From Carpediemonas membranifera BICM (Eukaryota; Protista; Fornicata): DNA of 64,000 bases. Numbering within the stretch: the stretch's first letter is position 1; each line of letters starts with the position of its first letter. The stretch spans positions 682,001-746,000 of the forward strand of contig JAHDYR010000025.1 in NCBI GenBank assembly GCA_019828565.1, given 5' to 3'. The translations under genes and the position numbers were made by a program. Below are positions 53,796-64,000 of this stretch, piece after piece. Below the pieces are notes generated by a model. That model worked only from the letters and a program-made list of their open reading frames with translations, was not told the DNA's origin and did not search any database.

Positions 53796-55676
53796 TCACA
53801 CGAACAGTGCGAGCGTGTCTCTCCGCCACCACCAGGCCCCCGCGTGCCGCCGCACGAACGACTCGAAGGCCACGTCCTTGGCCCCAGGGCGGGGGTCATG
53901 GACACAGAGACACCGGTCACACACCCCGCCCTCCAGCCCCTTGACATCGTTAGTGACCAGTCCAGGACCGTGGCCGGCGATGCACTTGCCCAGGTCGACC
54001 ATCCATCGCTTGTGGGGGAGCTGGAGGAAGCGGCGGAACCAGTAGAGCTCGACCGCTTTCATGTGGATGAAAGAGGTGTCGCGGTACTTGGGGAAATACT
54101 CAGAGTAGATCTGGAACAACGTGCCGTCTTGCATGGAGAGATAGTTGCCGATCAGCGGCAGATTCGCACGTTCGTTGGCGAGGTAGCAGGCCAGGATCTC
54201 CTGGTCCGAGAAGGCCCACATGCGGTCGAACAGGCACGGGGAAGAGGGTTGTTTCGCCCAGCCCACCATCGCGTCCAGCATTGCGTGGCCGTCCAGTCGG
54301 TTCAGATCATACACTACAAGACCGCCGTTCAGGAACCAGTCCTGCATCCGTTCAGCTATCGCTACCACGGCGCTGGGGTGGCAGAAGACCTTGTCTGGGT
54401 TTGACAGGGCGAGCATGTCGGCGTCCACGGTGGCGATCTTGGAGAGACGACGGCCGGTTGGGAGGAAGTCGTTGATGCGGAGGATGTTGAGGCGCTCGAG
54501 AACAAGCGTGTACGATGGCTTGATCGGGTCGAGAAGTTTGATGAGCTCCGAATCAATACTAAGATCGATTCGTATCCATTCGATCCCCATTTCATCGCAA
54601 AGATCCTCTGCGTCGGGATATACAAAGTCGGGATCCTGTACTACGATGAGAATACGCGTGTCGGTCGTTGTCCTCAAAGCCATCGCCGACCAGAGCGTCA
54701 TCCTGGCGTAATACTGCATCGTTTCATGTGCTGCTGCCGGAATAAAGTAAGAAAAGGCAATCTCGGTCTTGTTGATTGGCGCTGTGTCGCAGAGTGGGGC
54801 ATCAACCCAGTCCCGCGATGACAAGCGGGCATCCAGTCTGGTCGCGTGGAAGCTGAACGCTCTCTGGTGGGCGGACCCTTCCCACTCGAACACCTTCATG
54901 GGCTTGGCCGCGGGCTTCCAGGAGAGGCCGTGCCCCGGGAATACGAACGCCGTCCTTGGTGCGAAGCGGGGGGGCGGGGGGTCGGTCCGTGTGGGGTCGA
55001 CCACGTCTACGTCGGACGCCGTGAGAGGATGGATCGGCACGGTGCCGTTGGCGGTGGGCATGGTCTTGCCTGACAACTCGGTGTTGAACCCTACGCCTGC
55101 AGACGCGAGGGCGAGGATGGCGTTGCGACCCTTGGCAATGCGGAGGCCAGTATGGTCGGGGCGGGTGTACACGCCGGGTTTGCGGTACGCGGAGGGAGAG
55201 ATAGGGCCCATCGCGATGTGCCTGGGGTCGACAAGCACGACGAGGGCGTCTGGGTCTCTCGCATGGGCAAGGTGTGTCCGTAGGGCAGAGTTGGCGTCGG
55301 AACTGGTCTCGTGAACGGTGACGTTAGGGAACGTCTTCCAGAGCTCACCATCGGCCCGAAATGCGGCGGTGGTGAACACAGATGTGTGGGGAATGTTCGA
55401 GAAAAGAAGAGCGTCGCACATCGACATAAGGAGACGGCTCACAGACTTTGATTCCTCTATAGTGGTCGCATAGGTAAATATGTACACGGGACTGGTGTCG
55501 GTAGCAGGATAGCATTCGCCGTCGAGGCAGGAAGGAGTCAAGAACCCGTACACGAAGATGAAGAGCGCTATGACGATTAATAGAATGCCAACGTACAGAA
55601 ATCTGTTCTTTTGAAACATATCAAGCAAATGTTGCATTGTCAAGACGGCATTAAGCCGGTTTCGCCCTCCCGCCAT
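53796..55676 (-). CDS. Type II membrane glycosyltransferase, GT8-like C-terminal domain
   Basis: N-terminal TM; VDADMLALSNPDKVF (DxD), FLNGGLVVYDL, SDQEIL. Confidence 0.75.
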   Translation of the reverse strand: MAGGRNRLNAVLTMQHLLDMFQKNRFLYVGILLIVIALFIFVYGFLTPSCLDGECYPATDTSPVYIFTYATTIEESKSVSRLLMSMCDALLFSNIPHTSVFTTAAFRADGELWKTFPNVTVHETSSDANSALRTHLAHARDPDALVVLVDPRHIAMGPISPSAYRKPGVYTRPDHTGLRIAKGRNAILALASAGVGFNTELSGKTMPTANGTVPIHPLTASDVDVVDPTRTDPPPPRFAPRTAFVFPGHGLSWKPAAKPMKVFEWEGSAHQRAFSFHATRLDARLSSRDWVDAPLCDTAPINKTEIAFSYFIPAAAHETMQYYARMTLWSAMALRTTTDTRILIVVQDPDFVYPDAEDLCDEMGIEWIRIDLSIDSELIKLLDPIKPSYTLVLERLNILRINDFLPTGRRLSKIATVDADMLALSNPDKVFCHPSAVVAIAERMQDWFLNGGLVVYDLNRLDGHAMLDAMVGWAKQPSSPCLFDRMWAFSDQEILACYLANERANLPLIGNYLSMQDGTLFQIYSEYFPKYRDTSFIHMKAVELYWFRRFLQLPHKRWMVDLGKCIAGHGPGLVTNDVKGLEGGVCDRCLCVHDPRPGAKDVAFESFVRRHAGAWWWRRDTLALFV

Positions 55677-56387
55677 TGTTTTGCCAGCTTTGACCACAAA
55701 ATTGAGTCCATCAGTAAGAGAACAGCATCGGACGGCCGCACGTGCACGGCTGTACTCTAGGTTTGTCTAGCTGGGTGTATATACAACCTATGCATTCCTT
55801 GGCTCCCCAGCGACACGCCAAGGCTCGTTTCCAAAAATGACGTCAACGCAGGTCTGCTGCGGCACGTAGCCTCATACTGTACCTAGTACTAGACGCGCCA
55901 CACCCTTGTAAGAACAATGTCGCCACTGTCGCAATACAGTGCTCAGCTTCGCACTCTCGCATCACACACCGCCCCTCCCACGCGAACCAGTGGCTGAAAC
56001 CGGTCAGTTTACTAGCAAAACAGACCCACTCCCCAGGCTGGCTGCCACCGGTTATGGGTGAGGCCGTCGCCGCTGACCGACGCGATAACGTGATCCGAAA
56101 AGAACAACATAGCTACTCCTCGATGATATCGCTCATTTCCTCGAGCGAATGGCAGCGGTTGTACAGTTTGAATGCGATGAGATCTCCATGGTCTCCGTGA
56201 ACCTCTTGGACGGGCGATCGCTGTTCAATCTCCCTGAAGGCTTTCTGATCCGGCGATGAGAGGTAGTATACAAGCATTATACAACCTGAATCCGAAGAAG
56301 GAGATTCTGCGCTTGATGCGCTTCTTCTGCTGTCAATGTTGACATGTTGATGGTTCCTGTCAGTCAACGCTGGTCAAACGATAAAAT

Positions 56388-57604
56388 TTATTCCTCCCAG
56401 GGGAACACGTAATCGTCCATGCCAAGATCCTTCTTGACCTCGCTGAGCTGCTGCTGCAGGACGCGGCCGATGGGGGCACCCTTGCCTTCACGCTCGTGGG
56501 TGGCGTCAATCTCCTTCTCGCCGCAAGTGTAGATGCGGTCGGCACCAGGAGCCTTCTTGCTATTCCTCAACTCGCGCATGATATCCCCGGTGGTCTTCTT
56601 GAACAGCTCCACGTCGCAGAACTTTGAGATGTCAATAGCCATGAAGAAGTGGCCGAGGGCGTAGGGCTTGAGGTTGCCCTCAGTGTCGAGGTTCGTCAGA
56701 GCCTTGAGGAACGCGCCCTGCTGGAGGGAGGCGGAGAGCACCTCGACGACGGTAGCGAACCCGTAGCCCTTGTACCCGCCAGTTTCCTCGCCGGACCCGC
56801 CGATGGGGCAGCAGGCGGCCTCGCCAGAGACGAGCTTCTTGAGGATGTCGGCGGGGTCGGTGAGGTAGGACCCGTCCGGCCCGATGACGAGGCCGGGCGG
56901 CACGGCGACGCCGTCGCGGGCATACTTCTCGATGCGGCCGCGCTGGATGATGGACGTGGCGTAGTCGTTGGTGAATGGGATACCGTCGTCGGTGGGGAAG
57001 CCGAAGCACATGGGGTTGGTGCCAAGCATGTTCTCCACGCCGTGGGTCGGGGGGATCGAGGGGCGCGCGTTGGTGGCAGTGAGGCCGATCATGCCCTGCT
57101 CGACGGCCATGAGGGGGTAGGCGGCAGCGTAGCCGTAGTGCGTGCTGTTGCGGGTGACGACAACGCCGACGCCGTACTGGCGGGCCTTGTCGATGGCCAT
57201 CTGCATGCAGCGCTTAGAGATGGGCATACCCATACCGTGGTGCCCGTCGACGACGGCGGTGGCAGCGAAGTCCTTAACGATCTCGAACTCGGTGACGGCC
57301 TGCTGGATCTTCTGGTGGACGATGCGGTCTGTGTGAGGCGGATGGAGCCGGATCAAGTTCAATGAATGAATGCATGAAACGGACAAAGGGACGTACCGTA
57401 GTAGATGGTCTTGAAACGGCCAACACCGTGGCTGTCAACACCGCGCTTGTCCGCCTGGATGAGGATGTCGGCACAAGTCTTGGCATCCTCCTCGGGGACA
57501 CCGATACGCTGGAAAGCGTCCTGCATGAAGGACTCCAGGAAATCAAACTCGGTCCAATAGACCTCTCCTTCCTTGATACTCTTTGCTACGTGCTGAGCAG
57601 GCAT
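56388..57604 (-). CDS. Ldh_2 family (malate/L-lactate/L-sulfolactate) dehydrogenase; 68-nt intron 57329-57396
   Basis: ADKRGVDSHG, RNSTHYG, LGTNP, GGYKGYG; intron GTACG...CTCACACAG gives IYYDRI. Confidence 0.92.
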
Positions 57605-57776
57605 TACTTCGTTCGTCTTGAAATTCAACAATGGTCAAAACAAGATCGCTTGACAACTCGAGGAAAATCAGCAACAACCGTATATTCAATCAAATATGAC
57701 GCACTCAGCTCCCTAAGCCCAGGGCATACCGGTGGGGCGGTCTCGTCTTTTCTTCGCGAGTCGTGAGTGTCAGCGG

Positions 57777-59138
57777 TTACACCAGGGCCTTCTTAATCGC
57801 CTCCAACACGGCGCCATAGCCCTGCTTAGCTCCGTCCACCGCCCCAAAGAGCGCGCTAACCCCGCACTCGGTGTGAATATGCGACCCGACGGCAGAGACG
57901 ACGGAGACCACCTCCCCCGCGGCTCTGGGCAGCGGGGGGAGCATGGCCGCCAGCTCGAGAGAGACGGGGTCGAAGCCGAGCATGCCCATGCCGGATAACG
58001 GAAGGACCAGCGTTGACCCACGGATTGACCGAATCGGACCTGGTTGGAAGGAAACACCGTCGACTTCGGGGGGAGTCGATTTGGTCACTACGACGGGCTT
58101 CAGACCAATCGCCGCAAGCTCAGTGGAGAATGAGACAGTCTCGTCCAAGCGCGGGCCCGCGGGCACGACGATCACGGTGGCCCCGGCCTCCACGGCGACG
58201 GTGCCCCTGGTCTCCCTGGGTCCCGTGCTGGTCCGGACCTCCACAGGCTTCTTAGCGTTCTCCTTGAGTGCTAATACGGTGTGTTTTGTCCTCTGGGGGA
58301 CTGGCTGGGCCTGCTGGGGCGGGGGTGCCTTGGGCCTCGGCTGCGACCGGGGCTTGAGCGACAGCTTGGGCCCGGCGGCCGGCTTGATCGTGGGTGAGGC
58401 TGGGGATGTAAACCCGTCTGTCTGCGACTCTGAGGGAGGCACGCGCTGGCTCTGGCTCTTGGCCTGTCCCCTGGCCCCCTTGAGATCATTGTGGGAGAGC
58501 ACCGTCATCTTATCCTGCTCGTCGTCCAGCCAGGGGTGGGCGAACTCCTGGAAGTGCACGGGGTTCTTTCTGTAGCAGCCCTTGCCGTACTTGCACACGG
58601 GCTTGCCGTCAACCGTCTGTGTCCGCGGCGACCGGGGCGAGTAGTCCGAAACCCCCTCGATCTCGTCGTCGCTCACTACAAAGTCGGACAGGTCCGCGTC
58701 CCGCCCATGCTGACCGGGCTTCCAGTCGTCGTCGTTCACCTTGGCTCGTTTGCTGGTCTGCTTGGCCTTCTTGGAGACGGCGGCGACGCTGACAGCGGCG
58801 GCATCCTCCTCGACCTCCGTATCCTCGTCTTCCTCTGGCGGAGGGTCTACGGTGAGCTTGAACTGCATCTCCCCGCGTAGGATGGCGAGAGTCTGGCCAA
58901 AGCCGGCTTCAGTCTCCTCGTTACGGGGAAGAATCTCGCCATCAAGCTCGGATGGATTGGCGCCAAGCCGGTTGATAAAAATCTGCCCCTCTGAAGTGAA
59001 CTGAATCTCCATGTGGTTACGGGAGACACGCTTTGAAGCGATACCAGCCTTCTGGCGGCCGATGGTCTCTGTATTTCCCTGCTCGATGATAAATTCCTCA
59101 CAATCATCGCTCAAAGGTTTCAAAATCAGGCGTACCAT
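57777..59138 (-). CDS. FHA + PBZ zinc-finger protein (APLF-like architecture)
   Basis: IGRQ..GIASKRVSRNH...LGANPS (FHA); CKYGKGCYRKNPVHFQEFAH (PBZ). Confidence 0.8.
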   Translation of the reverse strand: MVRLILKPLSDDCEEFIIEQGNTETIGRQKAGIASKRVSRNHMEIQFTSEGQIFINRLGANPSELDGEILPRNEETEAGFGQTLAILRGEMQFKLTVDPPPEEDEDTEVEEDAAAVSVAAVSKKAKQTSKRAKVNDDDWKPGQHGRDADLSDFVVSDDEIEGVSDYSPRSPRTQTVDGKPVCKYGKGCYRKNPVHFQEFAHPWLDDEQDKMTVLSHNDLKGARGQAKSQSQRVPPSESQTDGFTSPASPTIKPAAGPKLSLKPRSQPRPKAPPPQQAQPVPQRTKHTVLALKENAKKPVEVRTSTGPRETRGTVAVEAGATVIVVPAGPRLDETVSFSTELAAIGLKPVVVTKSTPPEVDGVSFQPGPIRSIRGSTLVLPLSGMGMLGFDPVSLELAAMLPPLPRAAGEVVSVVSAVGSHIHTECGVSALFGAVDGAKQGYGAVLEAIKKALV

Positions 59139-59725
59139 CGTGACGATGCTGTTGGAAACTGACAGCGCTTTGTGCAGTTTATGGCGAATCAATTTATCTC
59201 ATGTAAACAGCTGGCTCAGGCCGACAGCACGACTGGGAGGAGCTCCAGTGGGCTGAACAGTCCCAGCTTGACACTCCACTTGTCGTACACCAAAAGGGTA
59301 GCGGAAATGAGGGCATCAGCCATGGCGAGGGCGATCTTACGGGTAATGATATGGAATTTATGTCATATTAGATGATAAATCAACGTAAATACATCCTGGT
59401 GACACTGGATTCGAGGCTTTAGTTTGAGTTGGGTCGACAGTTGCCAACGTCGTACGGCAGCAGTCGACTATTTGTTACCCACACAATGCTTGATTCGACA
59501 GTTCTTTGCACACGATGCTGGACACTATGTCCGTTATGGACACCGTGAGGGCTACTATGCTGGTTCCTGTGTCGAATGGTGTTGTCTGGTATGGTGGACA
59601 GGCGGGGTGAGTGTTGGGGTTGTGTCCATTTTGATGGTAAGATCGGATGCACTGCATGGCTAAGCGAGACATGGTTCTATTTATTGGGCCCTGGACGGGT
59701 GTCGGGGACTGGGGTTTTGATGAGT

Positions 59726-61384
59726 TCATTTATGCCAACCACCGACGTCGACTGGGGTAATCTCACGCTCTTCTCGAGAAGATGGCGGCACACACGCGAC
59801 CAGCTCAGCCACCCCACCTGACACTTTCTCCGCGTAAAACCACTGGCCGGTGGAGTCACGGAACGAATGGACATACCGGTCACCTGACATTCTTCTGCCA
59901 AGTGCTGTCGCCTCAAACGGCACACAGCACTGAATGTCGTAATCGTTCAGGTGAGTGCTGCCCTCAGTGACACAGGCGAGAGTCAACCCGTGGCAATAGA
60001 ACCCCTTGACCCTCGCTAGGAAGCGGAGCGGGGTGGCTGTGAGGCACTTGTCGCTGACACCGAATCCAGGCAGCAGGCGCGACCGGGCGATATGGCGTGG
60101 GACTTCGCCGGCGAACAGCAGCTGGTGGCCACTGAGGAAGAAGTTGAAGAAATCATCTGACATGATCCGGTCGACCCTGAAGGGCAGCGACTCAAAGCCA
60201 GTCATCTTGTTCTCGTGCCCGAGCCCCAGCCGGCCATTCCTGTTGTACCCGCTGATCACCTGCCGATCGCCCATGGTGAGGATGACAGTGCTATCCCGTT
60301 CATGTAGGATGTGATCTGGGACAAAGCCAGCGGGCACAGCTACTGGGTTGAAGAGGCGAATGTTCTGCAGCTTGACGGGCCCTGTAAACAAACTTACCCT
60401 GTCGCCCGCCACGACGGTGCCGACCGGGGTGAGTATGAACGTCTCCAATCCCTTCATCGACACATCAGTCACCATCGTATGCTTCTCCCAAGGGGGCAGG
60501 CTGGCCTCGAGCTCGGCGACCTTGGGGCAGGCGGGGAAGGTGAGGCGGGTCGGGTCGACGAAGTCATTACGTGCTGACTTGAGCCCCAGCTGGCCAAAGT
60601 AGCTATTCCCCCAACCCCACAGGCCCTTGGGCGTACTGGCGATTTGGGTGGACCAGTAGCCGTAGACCTCGAGGGCCCTGGGCATCCTGGCCCTGGTGAG
60701 GGTGGTGTGGTGGTTTGTGTAGAGCACGAAGAGTCGGCCCATGTACATGCGGTGGTGGTAGCATATGCCTAGTCCCGTGTACTGACAGCTCTCGCCGTCC
60801 TTCTCGGCGACGTTCAGCGAGAAGAAGAACTTGCGGCAGAGGAACCAGAGGCATTTGGCCTCGGGCGGGAGGGTCTTGCGGATCTTGTCATGCATATTAG
60901 TCTTACCTGGCTGCTCCTCTCGAGCCTTCTTCAGCACCCTGCCCTCGAGGTCGGGGTTGGCCCCGCCACCCAGCAGACACGCCCACACCGCGCCCTGGTT
61001 CAGCGTGTGCAGGGCGACCGGGAGCTCCTCGCCATCCGCGAGCTCGACGTTCATGGACAGCAGGGGGCCGCTGGTGAGGATCGAGCGGGCGCGGTCGAGG
61101 AGGGCTTGAGCGGATGGCTCGAGAGGGGGGATCTCTGAGAGCGTGGCGAGGAGTGATTCGAGATCGTGGCCATCTTGCGGCGCGTCTGTGGTTGTATGAC
61201 TGCGGAAAACCGTCTTGAATGCGGACAGCACGCCAGATCTGAGCGGAATCTCCTCGTCGAAGTGGTGCTGGTACGCGCAGGCGATGAGCGAGGGGATGTC
61301 GCCTGCGATGCTGCTCGTAGCCGTGATTGAGAGCCGATGGGCAGTGATTAGCGCCTCTCGCGTCTTCTTGCCTTCATTGCTCAT
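59726..61384 (-). CDS. RCC1-like family copy D (intact, diverged in propeller loops)
   Basis: N-terminus nearly identical to A-C; WGWGNSYFGQLG, SGYNRNGRLGLG. Confidence 0.85.
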   Translation of the reverse strand: MSNEGKKTREALITAHRLSITATSSIAGDIPSLIACAYQHHFDEEIPLRSGVLSAFKTVFRSHTTTDAPQDGHDLESLLATLSEIPPLEPSAQALLDRARSILTSGPLLSMNVELADGEELPVALHTLNQGAVWACLLGGGANPDLEGRVLKKAREEQPGKTNMHDKIRKTLPPEAKCLWFLCRKFFFSLNVAEKDGESCQYTGLGICYHHRMYMGRLFVLYTNHHTTLTRARMPRALEVYGYWSTQIASTPKGLWGWGNSYFGQLGLKSARNDFVDPTRLTFPACPKVAELEASLPPWEKHTMVTDVSMKGLETFILTPVGTVVAGDRVSLFTGPVKLQNIRLFNPVAVPAGFVPDHILHERDSTVILTMGDRQVISGYNRNGRLGLGHENKMTGFESLPFRVDRIMSDDFFNFFLSGHQLLFAGEVPRHIARSRLLPGFGVSDKCLTATPLRFLARVKGFYCHGLTLACVTEGSTHLNDYDIQCCVPFEATALGRRMSGDRYVHSFRDSTGQWFYAEKVSGGVAELVACVPPSSREEREITPVDVGGWHK

Positions 61385-61425
61385 GTCGTTCGTTCGTTGC
61401 CAAGCAACTCGGCTGCAGTCGGACA

Positions 61426-61664
61426 CCCCGCCGTACCCCATGCACCAGGCCTCATGGCTGGCAGGGAAACTGTGCCCCGGCCAGAGACAGTGCGACCTAT
61501 CCCCGTATGAACCGGCCGTTGTAGTACCGGGAGACCGGAGCGGGGCTCCTGGTGCATCAGTCATGACGCAACGCACACCAAGTCCAAACCATCTTTCCAG
61601 ACATTGCAAATTTACGTATTTATCCAGATTACTGCCGGTCCAGGCCGCCAAGCCCGCACGCATC
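61426..61664 (-). repeat. ~240-bp upstream region of the RCC1-like family, near-identical to 18741-18980
   Basis: Direct sequence match from GATGCGT to GGCGGGGTG. Confidence 0.9.
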
Positions 61665-61682
61665 TTATCATATCAACAACAC

Positions 61683-64000
61683 TCACCGCCCCATCTTCGC
61701 GGCAATCTCGCTCCGCACACCCTGGACCTGCTTGACGAGCTCACTAATGGCACTTGTCCTCTCAGCCTTCGCGCCCCTCGCGTCCGAGGACATCAGCTCC
61801 GCCATGCTCCGCTGGACCTCCGTCAGCTTGTCCATGAGTAGTGCCCTATCCGGGTCGGGTGCCCCTGCCTGCACAGTCGGTCGGGCCTCGAGCTCGGCGA
61901 CCTTCCGCTGGGCAGACTCGAGCTCTGTCTGGACAGAGGCGAGCTCGACGCTCTGATCGTGCCTGTTGGCCAGAAGCTCCTCACTCTGCTCGACTGCGGC
62001 CCGTAGCTTGGCGAGCATCGACTCGAGCTGAGTCTGCCGGGATGAGGTCTCCTCTAGTTCCTGAGTAAGACCGTCAATCGTCTTCTGCCGATCACCCACA
62101 GCCTTCTTGGCCGCCTCCAGCTCGGCCTTGCTCTTGTCCAGGTCGACCTTGAATGTCTCAGCCTCCTCAATGGCGGTGATGGTCGCGTCACTCACCGCTA
62201 GTCGAGTTGGCGGGGGGAGGGCCATAACAGCGATCTTGCTGAGTTCATCAACTGTTACTGGCACCGTTTCGATGAGCTTTCCGCTATATGACTCCATAAG
62301 GGAGTCGACATCGCATGGCTCGACCATCGTCACGCGAAGGGGCTTGCGGACAAGTTCGAGCACCTCACTGATCAGACCCTCGTCTATTGCCCCAGCCCGG
62401 GGCGTGACTGTGCCGACTCGCAGACCACGCAACTCCCGGACATACTCGGCGGCCTTTGTCTGCTGGAGCTCGCGGATGATCTGACTCCTGCCGGCTATGG
62501 CTGTGATGAGGAGGGAGATGGCTGATGTGAGTACGCCGGCCTGGACCTCGAGGCGGTGGGCCTTTTTGGGCCCCGTCTTAGGCTCGATCAGGGCCCGGAG
62601 CTTGGCCGCGGCGGCAATGGCGTCCTCGTCATCGGCTACTGATTGAAGGAGCCGCCCGATGAGTCCGCGGCCGATTGAAGTCGTCAGGGCAGCCCAGAAG
62701 CTGCGGTAGACTGCGAACAGGGCGCCTACTCTCTCGAGGGAGCCGATGCGTCCGTTCTTGCGAACCACCTCGTCCTCAAGCTCGGTGACAGTCTTATTGA
62801 GTAATTCAACGGTCTCTGTGAGCTGTGTGGCCTGCTCCTCCACCCTGGCGACGTGGTCGACGTGCGCCTCTGCCTCCCGACGCAGCCGCTCCGTCTCCTC
62901 CGTGTGCTCACTCAGGCGCCGCTCGAGAGTCTTCACGTGCTCCTGAGAAGCTGCAAGGTCGCCCGTGAGCTCCGCGATCTCATCCGCCGCCTCTTCTTGT
63001 GCGGCCAGCTGTCTCAACGAGGCAGCGCTGTCAGCCCTGCTTGCCCCGCGGGGTGACACCACAATGCTGTTCCTCCTGCTGTTCGAGTGGTATTTGAGGG
63101 GCGACGACTTGGCCGACTTGGACGGGCTCGACTGCAGCTCCAGCGTGGGGGTTGGGGGTCTCGGCTCGGGCTCGTCCTCGTCGTCCGAGACCCTGAGCAG
63201 GGTCGGGTCAACCCCGTTCTGGTGGGCTGCGTGCAGGGCATGGTCGAGGGCCAGTTTGCTCTTCGTTGCGGTAGTCTGGAGGTGTTCGGACATCTTCTCA
63301 GCATCGGCTGCCCGCCGTTTCGCCTTCACGAGCTGCTCTTTCAGGGCGGAGTTCTCCTTCCTGAGCGCTTCTACCAAGGACCGCAGCCCGTCGCTGCTCC
63401 TGTTGGCCTCCGACAGCATCTCCCGGCCGTATTGGACCTCACTCTCGAGCTGCTGACACCGCCGCTTCAAGGCGGCCTCCCTGTCTCTCAGTGAGCCCAC
63501 CTCCGTCCTGTGCTTCTCACTGAGCGCCTGGAGGGTCCGTTCCAGCTCCTCAACTCGGGCCTTGTAGTCGTCAGCGGTGACGAGCACCTCGTTGACAACG
63601 GGGGCAACACGGACCTCCTTGGTCTTCATGCCAAACTTCAAGGAGTTCTGGGTCTCGGAGAGAAATCCCGAGGTGGCGTGGACGTTCACTATGAGCGAGT
63701 TTCGTCCGTTGCTCCCGAGGACGCTCTCGAGATGGGTAGTCAGGCGGTGGTTGCGCCAGACCACCTTTTCACCGTTACCGAGAGCTCTGATGGCCTGTCC
63801 AAGGTACAACAGGCTCTCATTGATGCTCCGTGCCTCAGCTTTCCTGATATTCGAGGCGGCAGTCTGGGCGGCAAGGGACTCGGACCCCGCAAGGTCGACG
63901 AACTTCAGCTCCGACTGTGTGGTGCGACCGTCGACCTTCACCGTGAGAAAGATGGTGAGAATCACATGAGATCTGGACGATCGGGCGTTTTTCTCTGTCT
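61683..64000 (-). CDS. Kinesin, end of motor domain plus coiled-coil tail (5' part outside window)
   Basis: SSRSH at the edge, FVDLAGSE, EARSINESL..LG, RLT..L. Confidence 0.92.
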   Translation of the reverse strand, partial: TEKNARSSRSHVILTIFLTVKVDGRTTQSELKFVDLAGSESLAAQTAASNIRKAEARSINESLLYLGQAIRALGNGEKVVWRNHRLTTHLESVLGSNGRNSLIVNVHATSGFLSETQNSLKFGMKTKEVRVAPVVNEVLVTADDYKARVEELERTLQALSEKHRTEVGSLRDREAALKRRCQQLESEVQYGREMLSEANRSSDGLRSLVEALRKENSALKEQLVKAKRRAADAEKMSEHLQTTATKSKLALDHALHAAHQNGVDPTLLRVSDDEDEPEPRPPTPTLELQSSPSKSAKSSPLKYHSNSRRNSIVVSPRGASRADSAASLRQLAAQEEAADEIAELTGDLAASQEHVKTLERRLSEHTEETERLRREAEAHVDHVARVEEQATQLTETVELLNKTVTELEDEVVRKNGRIGSLERVGALFAVYRSFWAALTTSIGRGLIGRLLQSVADDEDAIAAAAKLRALIEPKTGPKKAHRLEVQAGVLTSAISLLITAIAGRSQIIRELQQTKAAEYVRELRGLRVGTVTPRAGAIDEGLISEVLELVRKPLRVTMVEPCDVDSLMESYSGKLIETVPVTVDELSKIAVMALPPPTRLAVSDATITAIEEAETFKVDLDKSKAELEAAKKAVGDRQKTIDGLTQELEETSSRQTQLESMLAKLRAAVEQSEELLANRHDQSVELASVQTELESAQRKVAELEARPTVQAGAPDPDRALLMDKLTEVQRSMAELMSSDARGAKAERTSAISELVKQVQGVRSEIAAKMGR

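Noticed and set aside
59433-59468. Intergenic hairpin as an ncRNA or SECIS element (a smaller one lies at 511-525)
   Set aside because: Short stems are expected by chance in GC-rich DNA; no family motifs recognised
1-64000. CRISPR array, rRNA or tRNA genes
   Set aside because: None recognised by eye; tRNAscan-SE/Infernal would be needed to exclude small RNAs

Overview
A 64-kb window of a compact, GC-rich eukaryotic genome with very short intergenic spacers and a few 29-87 nt spliceosomal introns. Two introns have a fused CTCAC-ACAG branch/acceptor; this and the gene content suggest a free-living metamonad such as Carpediemonas (inference). Housekeeping genes include fimbrin, a PHD protein, GSKIP, VIPAS39/SPE-39, U1-70K, an SLC19 carrier, Pol delta, Prp6, ASCC3/Slh1, adenylate kinase, Prp18, a GT8 glycosyltransferase, an Ldh_2 dehydrogenase, an FHA-PBZ protein and a kinesin. 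Dynamic elements are interspersed: a 1-kb inverted duplication; two different young chromovirus LTR retrotransposons (92-94 bp LTRs, shared palindromic non-tRNA PBS) inserted 10 bp apart upstream of an RCC1-like gene; a 5.45-kb tandem duplication; and an expanded RCC1-like family with hypervariable loops. The most notable object is 52110-53561, a 1.45-kb TG...CA element with a 5-bp TSD, a PPT-like tract and ~42-bp mini-LTRs matching the LTR end of one resident chromovirus. It carries an internally deleted Fanzor1 (TnpB-like) gene followed by a strand-specific hairpin ending exactly at the element boundary, as expected for an omegaRNA. This suggests an RNA-guided nuclease cassette hitch-hiking on an LTR retrotransposon. 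Protein family calls are from motif recognition only; no database search was run.
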